Positions 1 to 9,158 of a stretch of 64,000 nucleotides of DNA are shown piece after piece. Made by a program: the position numbers and the translations under genes. The notes below the pieces were generated by a model. That model saw nothing but the letters and a program-made list of their open reading frames with translations. It did not search any database and was not told the origin of the DNA. Source of the DNA: a virus. The stretch spans positions 8,362 to 72,361 of the IMG/VR virus record IMGVR_UViG_3300032093_011758; one strand, 5' to 3'. The number at the start of each line of letters is the position of its first letter. Within the stretch, counting starts at the first letter, position 1.

Positions 1-56
1 ATATAAAAAATATTTCAAAACAACAGAAAAATCAGAAAGATTTAAATATTGGTAAT

Positions 57-87
57 AAAAAAAAGGGAAGTTTAACTTCCCTTTTTT
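57..87. terminator. intrinsic (bidirectional-type) terminator hairpin at the 3' end of clpC
   Basis: A-run, GGGAAGT-TTA-ACTTCCC, T-run; the loop coincides with the clpC stop codon. Confidence 0.75.
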
Positions 88-2093
88 GTTTTTGTCATTT
101 GTATGGTTTCCCCATCTTCAGTTTTCAAGGTATACTTGACACCTTCTTTTACATTTCCTTTTAGAACTTCTTCGGAGATAAAATCCTCAACTTTATCTTG
201 AATTGCTCTCTTTAACGGACGGGCTCCATACATTTCATCGAAACCTACTTTGGAGATCATTTTCTCAATTGACTCATCAAATGAGATCAAATATTTCATT
301 CCTTCCAATCTCTTATTTAATTTCTGTAATTCAATCGTAACGATCTTACTAACATCTTCTTGTTTCAAAGTTCCGAATACAACAATGTCATCAATTCTGT
401 TTAAGAACTCCGGAGAGAAGAATTTTTTAAGTTCTTTCTGAAGAGTTTCTTTTCTGAGTTCTTCGTTTGCAAATACATTATTTGCATTTGTGAATCCGAC
501 ACCAGCTCCGAAATCTTGCATTTTCTTCACACCAAGATTGGAAGTCATAATGATGATACAGTTTTTGAAGTTGATTTTTCTTCCCAAACCATCGGTCATA
601 TGACCATCATCCAACACTTGAAGAAGTGATCCGAAGATATCTTTGTTCGCCTTTTCAATCTCATCAAATAAGATCACCGAGTAAGGTTTGTTTTTAACTT
701 GTTCAGTTAATTGACCACCCTCATCATATCCCACGTATCCGGGAGGTGCCCCGATAAGTTTGGATACTGTATGTTTCTCTTGGTATTCGGACATATCAAC
801 TCTGATTAGATTGTCTTCACTACCAAACACTTCTTTTGCAAGTTGTTTTGCTAAGTATGTTTTACCAACACCGGTTGAACCCAAGAAGATGAATGAACCA
901 ATAGGTCTGTTAGGATCTTTGATTCCCAATCTATTTCTTCTGATTGATTTTGCAATTCTTTTAACGGCTTCAGATTGACCAATTACTTTACTATTAAGTA
1001 AATTTTCTAAATTTACAAGAGCTTGAGTATCATCAGAAGTAAGTTTAGAAACTGGGATCTTTGTCATATTTGAAACAACATCATAAACTAGATCAAGTAA
1101 TACTTCTCTTTTTTTCTCAATCAATTCGTTATCAAACTTCTTTTTTTCTTCGTCTAATTTAAGAAGAACCTTTCTTTCTTTGTCTCTGAGTTCTGCGGCT
1201 TCTTCAAATTTTTGTTTTTTAACAACTTCAATCTTTTGAAGTTTAATTTCGGCAGCTTTTTGTTTTAATTCTTCAATTACTTCAGGAAGTTTAATATCTA
1301 CCTGACTTCTTGCTCCAACTTCGTCCAAAATATCAATTGCTTTGTCCGGAAACTCTCTATCTGTGATATATCTTTCCGCCAAATTCACACAAGCGTTTAA
1401 GACCTCTTCGTTAAAACTTACTTTGTGAAAAGTTTCATATCTACTTTTAAGATTTCTCAGAATTTCCAATGTTTCTTCTTTAGATGCCCCATCAACAATG
1501 ACTTTTTGGAATCTTCTTTCAAGAGCACCATCCTTTTCAAAATTCTTACGATATTCATCCAAAGTAGTTGCTCCAATACATTGAATTTCTCCTCTAGCAA
1601 GAGCAGGTTTGAAGATGTTTGATGCATCTAATGATCCTGAAGAATTACCCGCACCTACGATGGTGTGAATTTCATCAATGAATACAATAATATCAGGGTT
1701 GTCTTGAAGCTCCTCAATGATAACTTTCATCCTTTCTTCAAATTGTCCTCTATATTTTGTTCCCGCAACAATAGAGGTCATATCCAAAGACAGAATTCTT
1801 TTGTCAGATAAATTTCTTGGACAGTTCCCTTCATAAATTCTCATTGCCAATCCTTCAGCGATGGCCGTTTTACCACAACCCGGTTCACCAATAATAATGG
1901 GGTTGTTTTTCTTTCTTCTTGATAAGATCTGAGCAATCCTCAAAATTTCCTTATCTCTCCCAACTACGGGGTCTAATTTACCTTCTTCCGCTAATTTAAT
2001 TAGATCTCTACTGAAGTTATCTAACGCGGGTGTTTTGGAGTCAATTGTTTTTTTTGACTCCCTCTTGTTTTCATTATCCATTGATTCTGTCAT
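72..2093 (-). CDS. clpC: ClpC-like Hsp100 AAA+ chaperone/protease ATPase subunit lacking the N-terminal Clp-repeat domain
   Basis: Two AAA+ modules (GEPGCGKT/FIDEIH; GSTGVGKT/LFDEIEK), KYRGQFEER and GAPPGYVGY pore loops, UVR-like middle coil (FEEAAELRDKE), VGF ClpP-docking loop. Confidence 0.93.
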   Translation of the reverse strand: MTESMDNENKRESKKTIDSKTPALDNFSRDLIKLAEEGKLDPVVGRDKEILRIAQILSRRKKNNPIIIGEPGCGKTAIAEGLAMRIYEGNCPRNLSDKRILSLDMTSIVAGTKYRGQFEERMKVIIEELQDNPDIIVFIDEIHTIVGAGNSSGSLDASNIFKPALARGEIQCIGATTLDEYRKNFEKDGALERRFQKVIVDGASKEETLEILRNLKSRYETFHKVSFNEEVLNACVNLAERYITDREFPDKAIDILDEVGARSQVDIKLPEVIEELKQKAAEIKLQKIEVVKKQKFEEAAELRDKERKVLLKLDEEKKKFDNELIEKKREVLLDLVYDVVSNMTKIPVSKLTSDDTQALVNLENLLNSKVIGQSEAVKRIAKSIRRNRLGIKDPNRPIGSFIFLGSTGVGKTYLAKQLAKEVFGSEDNLIRVDMSEYQEKHTVSKLIGAPPGYVGYDEGGQLTEQVKNKPYSVILFDEIEKANKDIFGSLLQVLDDGHMTDGLGRKINFKNCIIIMTSNLGVKKMQDFGAGVGFTNANNVFANEELRKETLQKELKKFFSPEFLNRIDDIVVFGTLKQEDVSKIVTIELQKLNKRLEGMKYLISFDESIEKMISKVGFDEMYGARPLKRAIQDKVEDFISEEVLKGNVKEGVKYTLKTEDGETIQMTKTKKGS

Positions 2094-2144
2094 ACAACAT
2101 TTGTTTTTATTAACGATACAAAATTTATTCTAAAAATACAATAT

Positions 2145-2206
2145 TGACAATTTGTCGTTATATAGGACATAATGTCATAGTATTATGATACGGCACAAAT
2201 TTAGTT
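2145..2206 (+). promoter_or_regulatory. two GACA-N3-TGTC palindromes plus a sigma54-like GG-N10-GT element upstream of hsp20 (divergent clpC/hsp20 region)
   Basis: TGACAATTTGTCG (2145-2157) and GGACATAATGTCA (2165-2177) 20 bp apart; CGGCACAAATTTAGT at 2191. Confidence 0.45.
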
Positions 2207-2254
2207 GACTTATATGAAAATAAAAAATAAATTTATAAAAAACAAAAAAAAATT

Positions 2255-2641
2255 ATGAGAAACAGAAATTTTGAAAACTTAATTGACTCTTTCTTCTTCG
2301 GATATAATCCGGTAAATGTTAGAACTCGTTTACAAGAAGTCCCTTCAAATGAGTATGAAGTAAATTACACAAAAGATGGTGCTTACTGCTTTTTTGAAGT
2401 ACCAGGTTTCAATAAGACTAATCTCAAAGTAGAATTTGAGAATGGTGTTATTGAAATTGAAGGAAAAAGAAATTATAAAGTTGAAGGTGAAGAAAAAACT
2501 AAGACTATTTCTCACAGATTCAGAATTGGTGAGGGATACGACTCTTCTCTATTAGAAGCTACAGTTGAGGACGGAATTCTTACACTCTTCGTTCCGAATC
2601 TAAAAAAACCGGAACCAAAGAAAAGAATCTCCCTTCTTTAA
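2255..2641 (+). CDS. small heat shock protein (Hsp20/alpha-crystallin family)
   Basis: EVPGFNK...LKVEFENGVIEIEG...ATVEDGILTLFVP alpha-crystallin core; C-terminal IxL motif. Confidence 0.9.
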   Translation: MRNRNFENLIDSFFFGYNPVNVRTRLQEVPSNEYEVNYTKDGAYCFFEVPGFNKTNLKVEFENGVIEIEGKRNYKVEGEEKTKTISHRFRIGEGYDSSLLEATVEDGILTLFVPNLKKPEPKKRISLL

Positions 2642-2645
2642 AATC

Positions 2646-2673
2646 AAAACCCGTCGGATTAGACGGGTTTTTT
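2646..2673. terminator. bidirectional intrinsic terminator between convergent genes
   Basis: AAAACCCGTC-GGATTA-GACGGGTTTTT. Confidence 0.8.
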
Positions 2674-3160
2674 AATTTGTGAGTTTATAGATCGGTACAA
2701 ACCCATAATTTTCATAAAAATGTGGTGTTATAACCCATTGTTCGGTATCTTCTTCAATTCCTTCGTAAGGATTGTCATATATAACATCTTCAATTTTTTT
2801 GAACTCTTCTTCTTCAGTTTCATTATCTATTGTCGGAATTTTACTATTACCATAAGAATATTCTAAATGAAATTCAGGGCCGTCTTTTGTTTTCACGAGT
2901 TTGGAACTTATGTAAATTATTTCTAAAAACCCTTCACCGAAACGAGTATCAATTTCAATCCTTAATTTTTTATTATTGAAATCTTTTCGTAACCCCTCAG
3001 AAATTATTTCTTTAGTTTTTTCATAACCAAATTCTTCTACCATACTTGGAAGTAATTCCTCACAATCAAACCCGGAATATTTACATATTTCCTGTAATCT
3101 TGGATTTGGATATCCGCCGTATTTATCAAAAACTTTAAAAAGAGTTTTAACATTAACCAT
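2672..3160 (-). CDS. hypothetical protein
   Basis: 162-aa ORF with TATTTAT motif just upstream. Confidence 0.7.
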   Translation of the reverse strand: MVNVKTLFKVFDKYGGYPNPRLQEICKYSGFDCEELLPSMVEEFGYEKTKEIISEGLRKDFNNKKLRIEIDTRFGEGFLEIIYISSKLVKTKDGPEFHLEYSYGNSKIPTIDNETEEEEFKKIEDVIYDNPYEGIEEDTEQWVITPHFYENYGFVPIYKLTN

Positions 3161-3166
3161 ACTTAG

Positions 3167-3178
3167 ATAAATATTTAT
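3167..3178. promoter_or_regulatory. back-to-back TATTTAT late-promoter motifs forming the palindrome ATAAATATTTAT
   Basis: Sits between divergent genes 3160(-) and 3215(+). Confidence 0.6.
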
Positions 3179-3214
3179 ATTTTTAAGATGGGTTATTATT
3201 TTTAATAAAAAACT

Positions 3215-3457
3215 ATGGGAATAATAAAAGAAGAAATCAAAGGTACTAAAATAATAAATGAGATTCAGTCTTCTAATTTAGTCAGAACCGAATATGATAC
3301 GGAAACAAAAAAAATGTTGGCAGAATTTAAAAATGGAGCCACATATGAATATGAAGATGTCCCTCATTCTGTTTACACCAAGTTTAGGATGTCGGAATCC
3401 CAAGGTAAATTTTTCAACACAGAAATTTCAAAAAAGTTCAATTATAAAAAAATATAA
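3215..3457 (+). CDS. KTSC domain protein
   Basis: SSNL...YD......L.AEFKNGATYEYEDVP..VY......SQGKFFN pattern typical of KTSC. Confidence 0.88.
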   Translation: MGIIKEEIKGTKIINEIQSSNLVRTEYDTETKKMLAEFKNGATYEYEDVPHSVYTKFRMSESQGKFFNTEISKKFNYKKI

Positions 3458-3488
3458 TTTTTTGTAAAGTCTTTTTTAGGGTTTTGAA

Positions 3489-3495
3489 TATTTAT
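3489..3495 (+). promoter_or_regulatory. TATTTAT putative late promoter (lysis cassette)
   Basis: Recurrent motif upstream of structural/late genes. Confidence 0.6.
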
Positions 3496-3528
3496 TAATG
3501 AAAATAAATCCTAAAAACCTAATGAAAA

Positions 3529-3831
3529 ATGGCTAGAGCTAAATCTACAGCTGAAACCGTAGCTGGTGCGGTTAAACCTCCAATTTCCTTCAAAGAATTC
3601 TCTAAAGACCCCGTTAAAGGGTTAATGTTCATTTGTATTATTGCAGTTGGATACCTTTATGTTGATATTAAAATGTCAAATACAAGTATTCAAGAAAGAC
3701 AAAATTCAAAAATTGAACTTTTAGAGGGTAAATTAAATCTTCTAACTGACCAACTTCGTAAGTCAGATAGTACCTCCGCCGCATTGGCATCAAAAATAAA
3801 CGTATTACAAGAACTTGGAAAAATTAAATAA
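3529..3831 (+). CDS. membrane-anchored coiled-coil protein, i-spanin-like
   Basis: One TM segment (GLMFICIIAVGYLYV) followed by heptad coil; in the lysis cassette. Confidence 0.5.
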   Translation: MARAKSTAETVAGAVKPPISFKEFSKDPVKGLMFICIIAVGYLYVDIKMSNTSIQERQNSKIELLEGKLNLLTDQLRKSDSTSAALASKINVLQELGKIK

Positions 3832-3832
3832 T

Positions 3833-4168
3833 ATGAAACTAATATACACATTATTGTTTTTATTATTAATTGGTTGCGGTTCTGATAAAACAGAAAAAAT
3901 CGTAGAAAATGAAACAGATACAAAATTTGACTCAATTATTAATAAAAGTCAAGAAAATATTACCCTTGTTGCAGGGGCAAGTAGAAAAAGCGATTCAACT
4001 ATTACAGGGAAAGTCGAAAAAACCGTAAAGAAGATCGCAAAAATGGAAAAAGAAATAAAACAATTAAAAGAAGAAAATAATGAACTTAAAAAAATACTTT
4101 ATGATATTGACAATGATCGTGGCCAGCCATATATCATTCGCACAATATCCGACAACGAAGATTATTAA
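3833..4168 (+). CDS. lipoprotein with coiled coil, o-spanin-like
   Basis: ATG at 3833 gives MKLIYTLLFLLLIG-C lipobox; C-terminal coiled coil. Confidence 0.55.
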   Translation: MKLIYTLLFLLLIGCGSDKTEKIVENETDTKFDSIINKSQENITLVAGASRKSDSTITGKVEKTVKKIAKMEKEIKQLKEENNELKKILYDIDNDRGQPYIIRTISDNEDY

Positions 4169-4511
4169 AGGAGAAGAGGTTGTTATTATGACATCATCTC
4201 AAGCAAAGGAGATTGATAACAAATTTTTCCAAATGAAAGATAGTATCAAATTAATTAATTTGTCTCTTTTTCAAAATAAAGAAAACTTAAGATTGACAAA
4301 TGAATCTTTACTTAAAACAAATAGGAATTTGTTAATTACTCAAGATTCTTTGAAGCAAAGTTTAATGTTGAACAATGTTTACTACAAAGAAATTGAAAAA
4401 TATAAAAAGATGGAATTTGAAGATAAGAAAGTTCAACAAACTGTAGTTATTGGTGTGGTATCGGCATTAGCCGTATGGTTAACCATTTTTATCACCGGAA
4501 TAAGTCAATAA
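4080..4511 (+). CDS. exported coiled-coil protein with signal peptide and C-terminal TM anchor (lysis-associated)
   Basis: Signal peptide ...ISFA|QYP, coil, C-terminal VVIGVVSALAVWLTIFI; overlaps the lipoprotein gene by 89 bp. Confidence 0.6.
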   Translation: MNLKKYFMILTMIVASHISFAQYPTTKIIKGEEVVIMTSSQAKEIDNKFFQMKDSIKLINLSLFQNKENLRLTNESLLKTNRNLLITQDSLKQSLMLNNVYYKEIEKYKKMEFEDKKVQQTVVIGVVSALAVWLTIFITGISQ

Positions 4512-4535
4512 AAAATAAAAAAAAATCCGTATCCT

Positions 4536-4811
4536 ATGAAAAAATTCTTTTACAATCTATTTAGAGATGAGAACGACATCAACGAAAAATCTATAGTTGG
4601 TTTTGCGTCATTTGTTGTTATGGTTCTTTTCGCAATTACCGATTTAGTAACCGGTTACATGGGTAAACCTTTGTTAGTTACCGAGTTTATTTTCAATTCA
4701 TTTTTGATCTTAACTCTTGGTTCATTTGGTATTGCATCTGTGGACAAGTATATTGTTCACAAAACCGCAAAAAAACAAGAAGAAGAAACTAGTGAAGAAA
4801 TCGCTGAGTAA
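4536..4811 (+). CDS. putative holin
   Basis: 91 aa, two TM segments, charged C-terminus, directly upstream of the endolysin. Confidence 0.6.
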   Translation: MKKFFYNLFRDENDINEKSIVGFASFVVMVLFAITDLVTGYMGKPLLVTEFIFNSFLILTLGSFGIASVDKYIVHKTAKKQEEETSEEIAE

Positions 4812-4835
4812 TAAACAAAAACTAAAAACAAAAAA

Positions 4836-5435
4836 ATGGATTTGAACAAATTGAAGGGGCACATCCCTGACGCAGTTATCGGACAGATTCCCGATGTTAT
4901 GGCTAAATTTAACATAAACACAAGTTTGAGACTTGCTCACTTCTTGGCTCAGTGTGGTCACGAAAGTGCCGGATTCAAAGCCGTAAATGAAAACCTCAAT
5001 TACGGTGCGAAAGGTCTTCTTACCACATTTAAGAAGTATTTCCCAACTCAAGCTCTTGCAGAACAATATCAGAGAAATCCTGAGAAGATTGCATCAAGAG
5101 TTTATGGTGGAAGAATGGGAAATGGCGGTGAGGAAACAAAAGAAGGTTATAAATTTCGCGGTAGAGGATATATCCAATTAACAGGTAAGGCTAACTATAC
5201 TGAATTTGATAAAGTTGTTTCTGAAAACATATTAGAAAATCCGGATTTAGTTGCCACGAAATATCCATTACTTTCCGCGGCATGGTTTTGGAGTAAAAAC
5301 GGATTAAATTCTGTGGCAGACAAAGGAGCTACCGATGCGGATGTAACCGCAATCACCAAAAGAGTAAATGGCGGAACTATCGGATTACCTGATAGAATTA
5401 AACATTTCAAAGAATATTATAGCTTGTTGAAATAA
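4836..5435 (+). CDS. glycoside hydrolase family 19 endolysin
   Basis: AHFLAQCGHES, ENLNY, FRGRGYIQLTG..NY, SAAWFW, TKRVNGG..GL.DR motifs. Confidence 0.93.
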   Translation: MDLNKLKGHIPDAVIGQIPDVMAKFNINTSLRLAHFLAQCGHESAGFKAVNENLNYGAKGLLTTFKKYFPTQALAEQYQRNPEKIASRVYGGRMGNGGEETKEGYKFRGRGYIQLTGKANYTEFDKVVSENILENPDLVATKYPLLSAAWFWSKNGLNSVADKGATDADVTAITKRVNGGTIGLPDRIKHFKEYYSLLK

Positions 5436-5446
5436 CAATTTCGGAG

Positions 5447-5453
5447 TATTTAT
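5447..5453 (+). promoter_or_regulatory. TATTTAT putative late promoter
   Basis: Motif ends 5 nt before ATG 5459. Confidence 0.55.
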
Positions 5454-5458
5454 TTGAT

Positions 5459-6202
5459 ATGGAAAAAAACTCCGAAATAATTAAAAGTTTCAAGATTCAA
5501 GATAATTTGAATCCGAAAGTTTGGGGTCCCGATAATCAGATCAAATCTGATATTCGGGATTCTCTTTTAGAGATATCATATCAGTTTATTGAGTTCATAG
5601 GTGTAGACATGTTTGTTAGCGATGTACATTTTACAGGGTCTCTTGCAAACTATAATTGGTCAAAATATTCTGATGTTGATCTTCACCTTATAGTTGATTA
5701 TTCGCAATATCCGGAAGATAAAGTAGAACTATATAAAGAATTATTCAATCTTAAAAAGATATTATTCAATACCAAACATAATATTAAAATAAAAGGATTT
5801 GATGTTGAGGTTTATGTACAAGATATTGATGAACCTCATACCGCAACGGGTCTTTATTCAATTTTGTATGATGAATGGATTGAAAAACCAAAAAAAGTTT
5901 CCGTTAAAATAAACGACGAGAAAATTATTAAGAAAGTAAACGAATGGATGCAAACTATTGAATGCGTAATCAAAAACGCATCAAAAAAAGATTTGGATGA
6001 TGCTAAAGAGTTTATAAAAAAGTATAAGGAAAAACTTAAAAAATTCAGAAAAAGTGGATTAGATAAAAAAGGAGAATTTTCTGATGAGAATTTAGTTTTC
6101 AAAGTTTTAAGAAGGAATGGATATATAGAAAAATTATTTGATTTTGAAGATAAAATGTTGGATAAATCTTTATCTATGCATGAACTAAAAATGACAAATT
6201 AA
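5459..6202 (+). CDS. Pol-beta-superfamily nucleotidyltransferase
   Basis: GS-x-ANYNW...SDVDLH (GS...DxD) plus third acidic residue in DVEVYVQ. Confidence 0.8.
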   Translation: MEKNSEIIKSFKIQDNLNPKVWGPDNQIKSDIRDSLLEISYQFIEFIGVDMFVSDVHFTGSLANYNWSKYSDVDLHLIVDYSQYPEDKVELYKELFNLKKILFNTKHNIKIKGFDVEVYVQDIDEPHTATGLYSILYDEWIEKPKKVSVKINDEKIIKKVNEWMQTIECVIKNASKKDLDDAKEFIKKYKEKLKKFRKSGLDKKGEFSDENLVFKVLRRNGYIEKLFDFEDKMLDKSLSMHELKMTN

Positions 6203-6212
6203 TATATTGATA

Positions 6213-6219
6213 TATTTAT
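6213..6219 (+). promoter_or_regulatory. TATTTAT putative late promoter
   Basis: Upstream of ATG 6236. Confidence 0.55.
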
Positions 6220-6235
6220 ATAGAAATATTTCGTT

Positions 6236-6421
6236 ATGCCAACAACAATAAGTGCCGGTACATTCACATCAAAAATTTGTTATGAGTGCCCTGATGGTTC
6301 AGGGGGTACAATTGTAACCGCAATTGATGCTCCACATCCGACCTATACAGACGGTCAAAATAATTCAATTATACAACTTGATATGGTTGTAATTGGTGGG
6401 CCTAACGGATTAAACAGCTAA
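6236..6421 (+). CDS. small hypothetical protein (possible virion component)
   Basis: 61-aa ORF filling the intergenic gap, with its own TATTTAT motif. Confidence 0.6.
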   Translation: MPTTISAGTFTSKICYECPDGSGGTIVTAIDAPHPTYTDGQNNSIIQLDMVVIGGPNGLNS

Positions 6422-6440
6422 AAAATTAAATAAAAATAAC

Positions 6441-7838
6441 ATGGGAGATTTAAAAGCATTAGGTAGTGAAAAATTAGATGGAATGAATAAAATCAAAAGA
6501 ATCTTGGAAATTTCAAGATATAATGAAAACATTCCAAATCCTGTTAATGAAACATCCAAAGATCAGTATAGAATTACTTTAGCAGATGGTAATGAATATC
6601 AAATTGTTAAAGAAAAAACAGGTTACATTATTAAAAGAACTATTAGTGAATCTGTTGCGGAATATATTGATCCTATGAAACACAGAAAATATTATCCATC
6701 TTATTCTCAAGCTTTAAAAAGATTGAATTTGATGGCTAAAGAAACAAATACTTTATACGAAAATGAAGAAGGTATTTCTTTGTTTGAACAAAAGAAATTT
6801 GTTTTGAAAACTCCTAAACCTGCAGCGGCACCACCTCCACCGGCTGACGAAGAAGTAGAAAATGTTCCACCTCCACCACCAGCTCCACCTGCGGGAGGAT
6901 CAACACCTCCACCACCACCTCCACCGGGAGGGGACATGGGAGGAGCTCCGCCGCCCCCACCGCCTCCTGATGAAGAAATGGGAGGTGAGGCGCCACCTGA
7001 AGAAGAGGAAGGAGGAGATCAATCAATGCCGGATGAAGGTGGAGACGAATCATCACCTGATCAAGAAGAAGTTGTGACTTTTAAAAGTATCCAAAAACTT
7101 GTAGGTAGATTAGGTCAAAAACTGAGAACTATAAATTCAGATGAGGAAAATCAACTTTCTTCAAAAGATGTTAAATACGTTATAAACTCTATTTTATCCG
7201 CACTTGAATTAGAAAATCTTGATGAAGACGATAAGGAACAAATTATAACCAAAATAGAAGGTGAAGAAGAAGGTAATATAGATGGTGAAGCACCTCCTGA
7301 AGAAGAAAATATGGGTATGGGTGATGAGGAAGGTATGGGTGATGAGGAAGGTATGGGAAATCAACCTGAAGAACCAACGGAAGGTTATCATGAAATGAAA
7401 GAAAGTGGTGATTTTTGGGGAAACACTGCGGCTAATATGGTCTCAAAGAAAATTACTAATAGTTTAACACCTCATGAATTTAAAGAAGAGGATGATGACG
7501 TAGATGTAACTCATTTGAAAACAATTGCTGACGGGATGTTTCTTGAACACAAAGTAGGTGATATTTTGGAAAAATATTTTGTGGAAACAAAATCTGAAAA
7601 AAAGTTCAATAAGATTATTAGTGAAAATAGAAGGGAGCAAAATAATAAAAGAAAAAGTATCTTGAACAATGAAATCAAAAGATTATCCGAATCTGTTTTA
7701 CAAGAGGTTTCGGCTAGAAGATTAATGGAAAAGTTCCCTAAACTAAAATTTGTTGGTAAGTCTAATAAGAAAAATTTAGTATTTGAAAATAGTAATCTTA
7801 AACAATTTAAAATTACACCAAAAGGACAGGTAATATGA
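6441..7838 (+). CDS. acidic poly-proline low-complexity protein, likely prohead/internal head protein
   Basis: Poly-Pro and E/D/G/M tracts; many hydrophobic-x-E candidate protease sites; in the head gene cluster. Confidence 0.6.
   Translation: MGDLKALGSEKLDGMNKIKRILEISRYNENIPNPVNETSKDQYRITLADGNEYQIVKEKTGYIIKRTISESVAEYIDPMKHRKYYPSYSQALKRLNLMAKETNTLYENEEGISLFEQKKFVLKTPKPAAAPPPPADEEVENVPPPPPAPPAGGSTPPPPPPPGGDMGGAPPPPPPPDEEMGGEAPPEEEEGGDQSMPDEGGDESSPDQEEVVTFKSIQKLVGRLGQKLRTINSDEENQLSSKDVKYVINSILSALELENLDEDDKEQIITKIEGEEEGNIDGEAPPEEENMGMGDEEGMGDEEGMGNQPEEPTEGYHEMKESGDFWGNTAANMVSKKITNSLTPHEFKEEDDDVDVTHLKTIADGMFLEHKVGDILEKYFVETKSEKKFNKIISENRREQNNKRKSILNNEIKRLSESVLQEVSARRLMEKFPKLKFVGKSNKKNLVFENSNLKQFKITPKGQVI
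7314..7357 (+). repeat. 18-bp tandem repeat (about 2.4 copies) encoding GMGDEE
   Basis: GGTATGGGTGATGAGGAA x2 plus partial copy. Confidence 0.85.
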
Positions 7839-8248
7839 ATTATTTAATATTTGTGAATAGTTTAGGTCCTAATTACAAAGGGGATAACATTTACGAATTT
7901 ATATTTTCAGATACTACCAAAAATATTTGGGATGAAACGTGGAATTCTAAACCATCTTCAGGATACCCAAAACCACCTAAATTAGAGTTTATATCTAAGG
8001 TAGGGATATTGAAAAACACAAATATTGAACTTGACTTGATTCAGAATTCGGATTTTTTTAGTTTTATAGATAGTATGGATGATGTTATATCATTAGCTTG
8101 GGAAAAAGAAACTGAAGAAATTGATTTTTCAAATGTAAAAAGGTTAACATTCAGGTTTGGTCAAACAGAAAAGGAAATCAAAGATAAATTGTATGAGAGA
8201 GATTTAATTCTCCAATTTGAAAAAACAGAAGTATATGAAAACAAATAA
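7835..8248 (+). CDS. hypothetical protein
   Basis: 137-aa ORF with ATGA overlap on the upstream gene. Confidence 0.75.
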   Translation: MNYLIFVNSLGPNYKGDNIYEFIFSDTTKNIWDETWNSKPSSGYPKPPKLEFISKVGILKNTNIELDLIQNSDFFSFIDSMDDVISLAWEKETEEIDFSNVKRLTFRFGQTEKEIKDKLYERDLILQFEKTEVYENK

Positions 8249-9158
8249 GTTTGCAGATCTTATAAAATTTGGATTAAAACCAAATACTTTGTTGCGTTTA
8301 AGCGAATCAGATTTAGGTCAACTCCATAAGAGTTTGATCAAAAAAAATAAAAAAATAAATGCAAATGAAGCTCAAGTCACAACAAAATCAACAACAGAAA
8401 AGGTGGTGACAGCACTCAAACCGGGTGACGTTATACCAACTAATAAAGCGGGGTCCATCAAAGTTATTGATTCTAATACTTTGGAGTTGAATAATTCAGA
8501 AGTTAAAGAATCAGGTAAAAGAACAAAAAATAATCCTTTTGCAATTTGTACTGCAGAATTAGGAAAAAAATTCGGAACGACTAAAAGAAGTCAATGGACA
8601 CCTTCTCAAGAAAAAAAATATGAAGCTTGTAAGGCTGAGGTTGGAGAATCTTTAAAAGAAGGAAAAAATTATTTTGATATCATTTTAGAAAGAAAAATCG
8701 TATCTTTACTTGAAACAAATTTAAGTCCGAAAATTACAAAAGGAGATTTAGTCAGATTGTTGGAAGCTAAGAAAAAACAAATAAAAAAACCTATTGGTAA
8801 AATAGCCTCTTTCGGTGTTAAGACTGAAAATAAAGAATCTGATACCAAAACTAAACCTAAAACAAAACCCGGCACAAAAACCCCCCCAAAGGAAAAACCA
8901 CATGATCCTTTTAAACCTTCTCCAAGTAAACAACCAAAACCAAAGGCAAAAAAAGAAGAAAGTAATGAAGCGGTAATGGATGCCCCGGCTAAACCTAAAA
9001 CATCTCCAACTACCAAACCTGGAACTAAAACTCCACCGAGAGAAAAACCACATGACCCTTTTAAACCTTCTCCAAGTAAACAACCAAAACCAAAAGCTGG
9101 AAGAAAATTACCAAGCTGGTTAACATTTAATAGCTTAGGAATTAAATTTAAAAAATAA
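8235..9158 (+). CDS. basic Lys/Pro-rich protein with internal duplication (possible internal head/DNA-condensing protein)
   Basis: ATG at 8235; KPGTKTPP(K/R)EKPHDPFKPSPSKQPKPKA occurs twice. Confidence 0.65.
   Translation: MKTNKFADLIKFGLKPNTLLRLSESDLGQLHKSLIKKNKKINANEAQVTTKSTTEKVVTALKPGDVIPTNKAGSIKVIDSNTLELNNSEVKESGKRTKNNPFAICTAELGKKFGTTKRSQWTPSQEKKYEACKAEVGESLKEGKNYFDIILERKIVSLLETNLSPKITKGDLVRLLEAKKKQIKKPIGKIASFGVKTENKESDTKTKPKTKPGTKTPPKEKPHDPFKPSPSKQPKPKAKKEESNEAVMDAPAKPKTSPTTKPGTKTPPREKPHDPFKPSPSKQPKPKAGRKLPSWLTFNSLGIKFKK
8865..9098 (+). repeat. ~84-bp direct repeat, two copies 150 bp apart
   Basis: 8865-8948 and 9015-9098 encode nearly identical 28-aa units. Confidence 0.85.

Noticed and set aside
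4080-4100. A7 run in the lipoprotein/4080 overlap as a frameshift site creating a unimolecular spanin
   Set aside because: It would need a +1 shift and would leave a signal peptide internal; ORF 4080 has its own good signal peptide.
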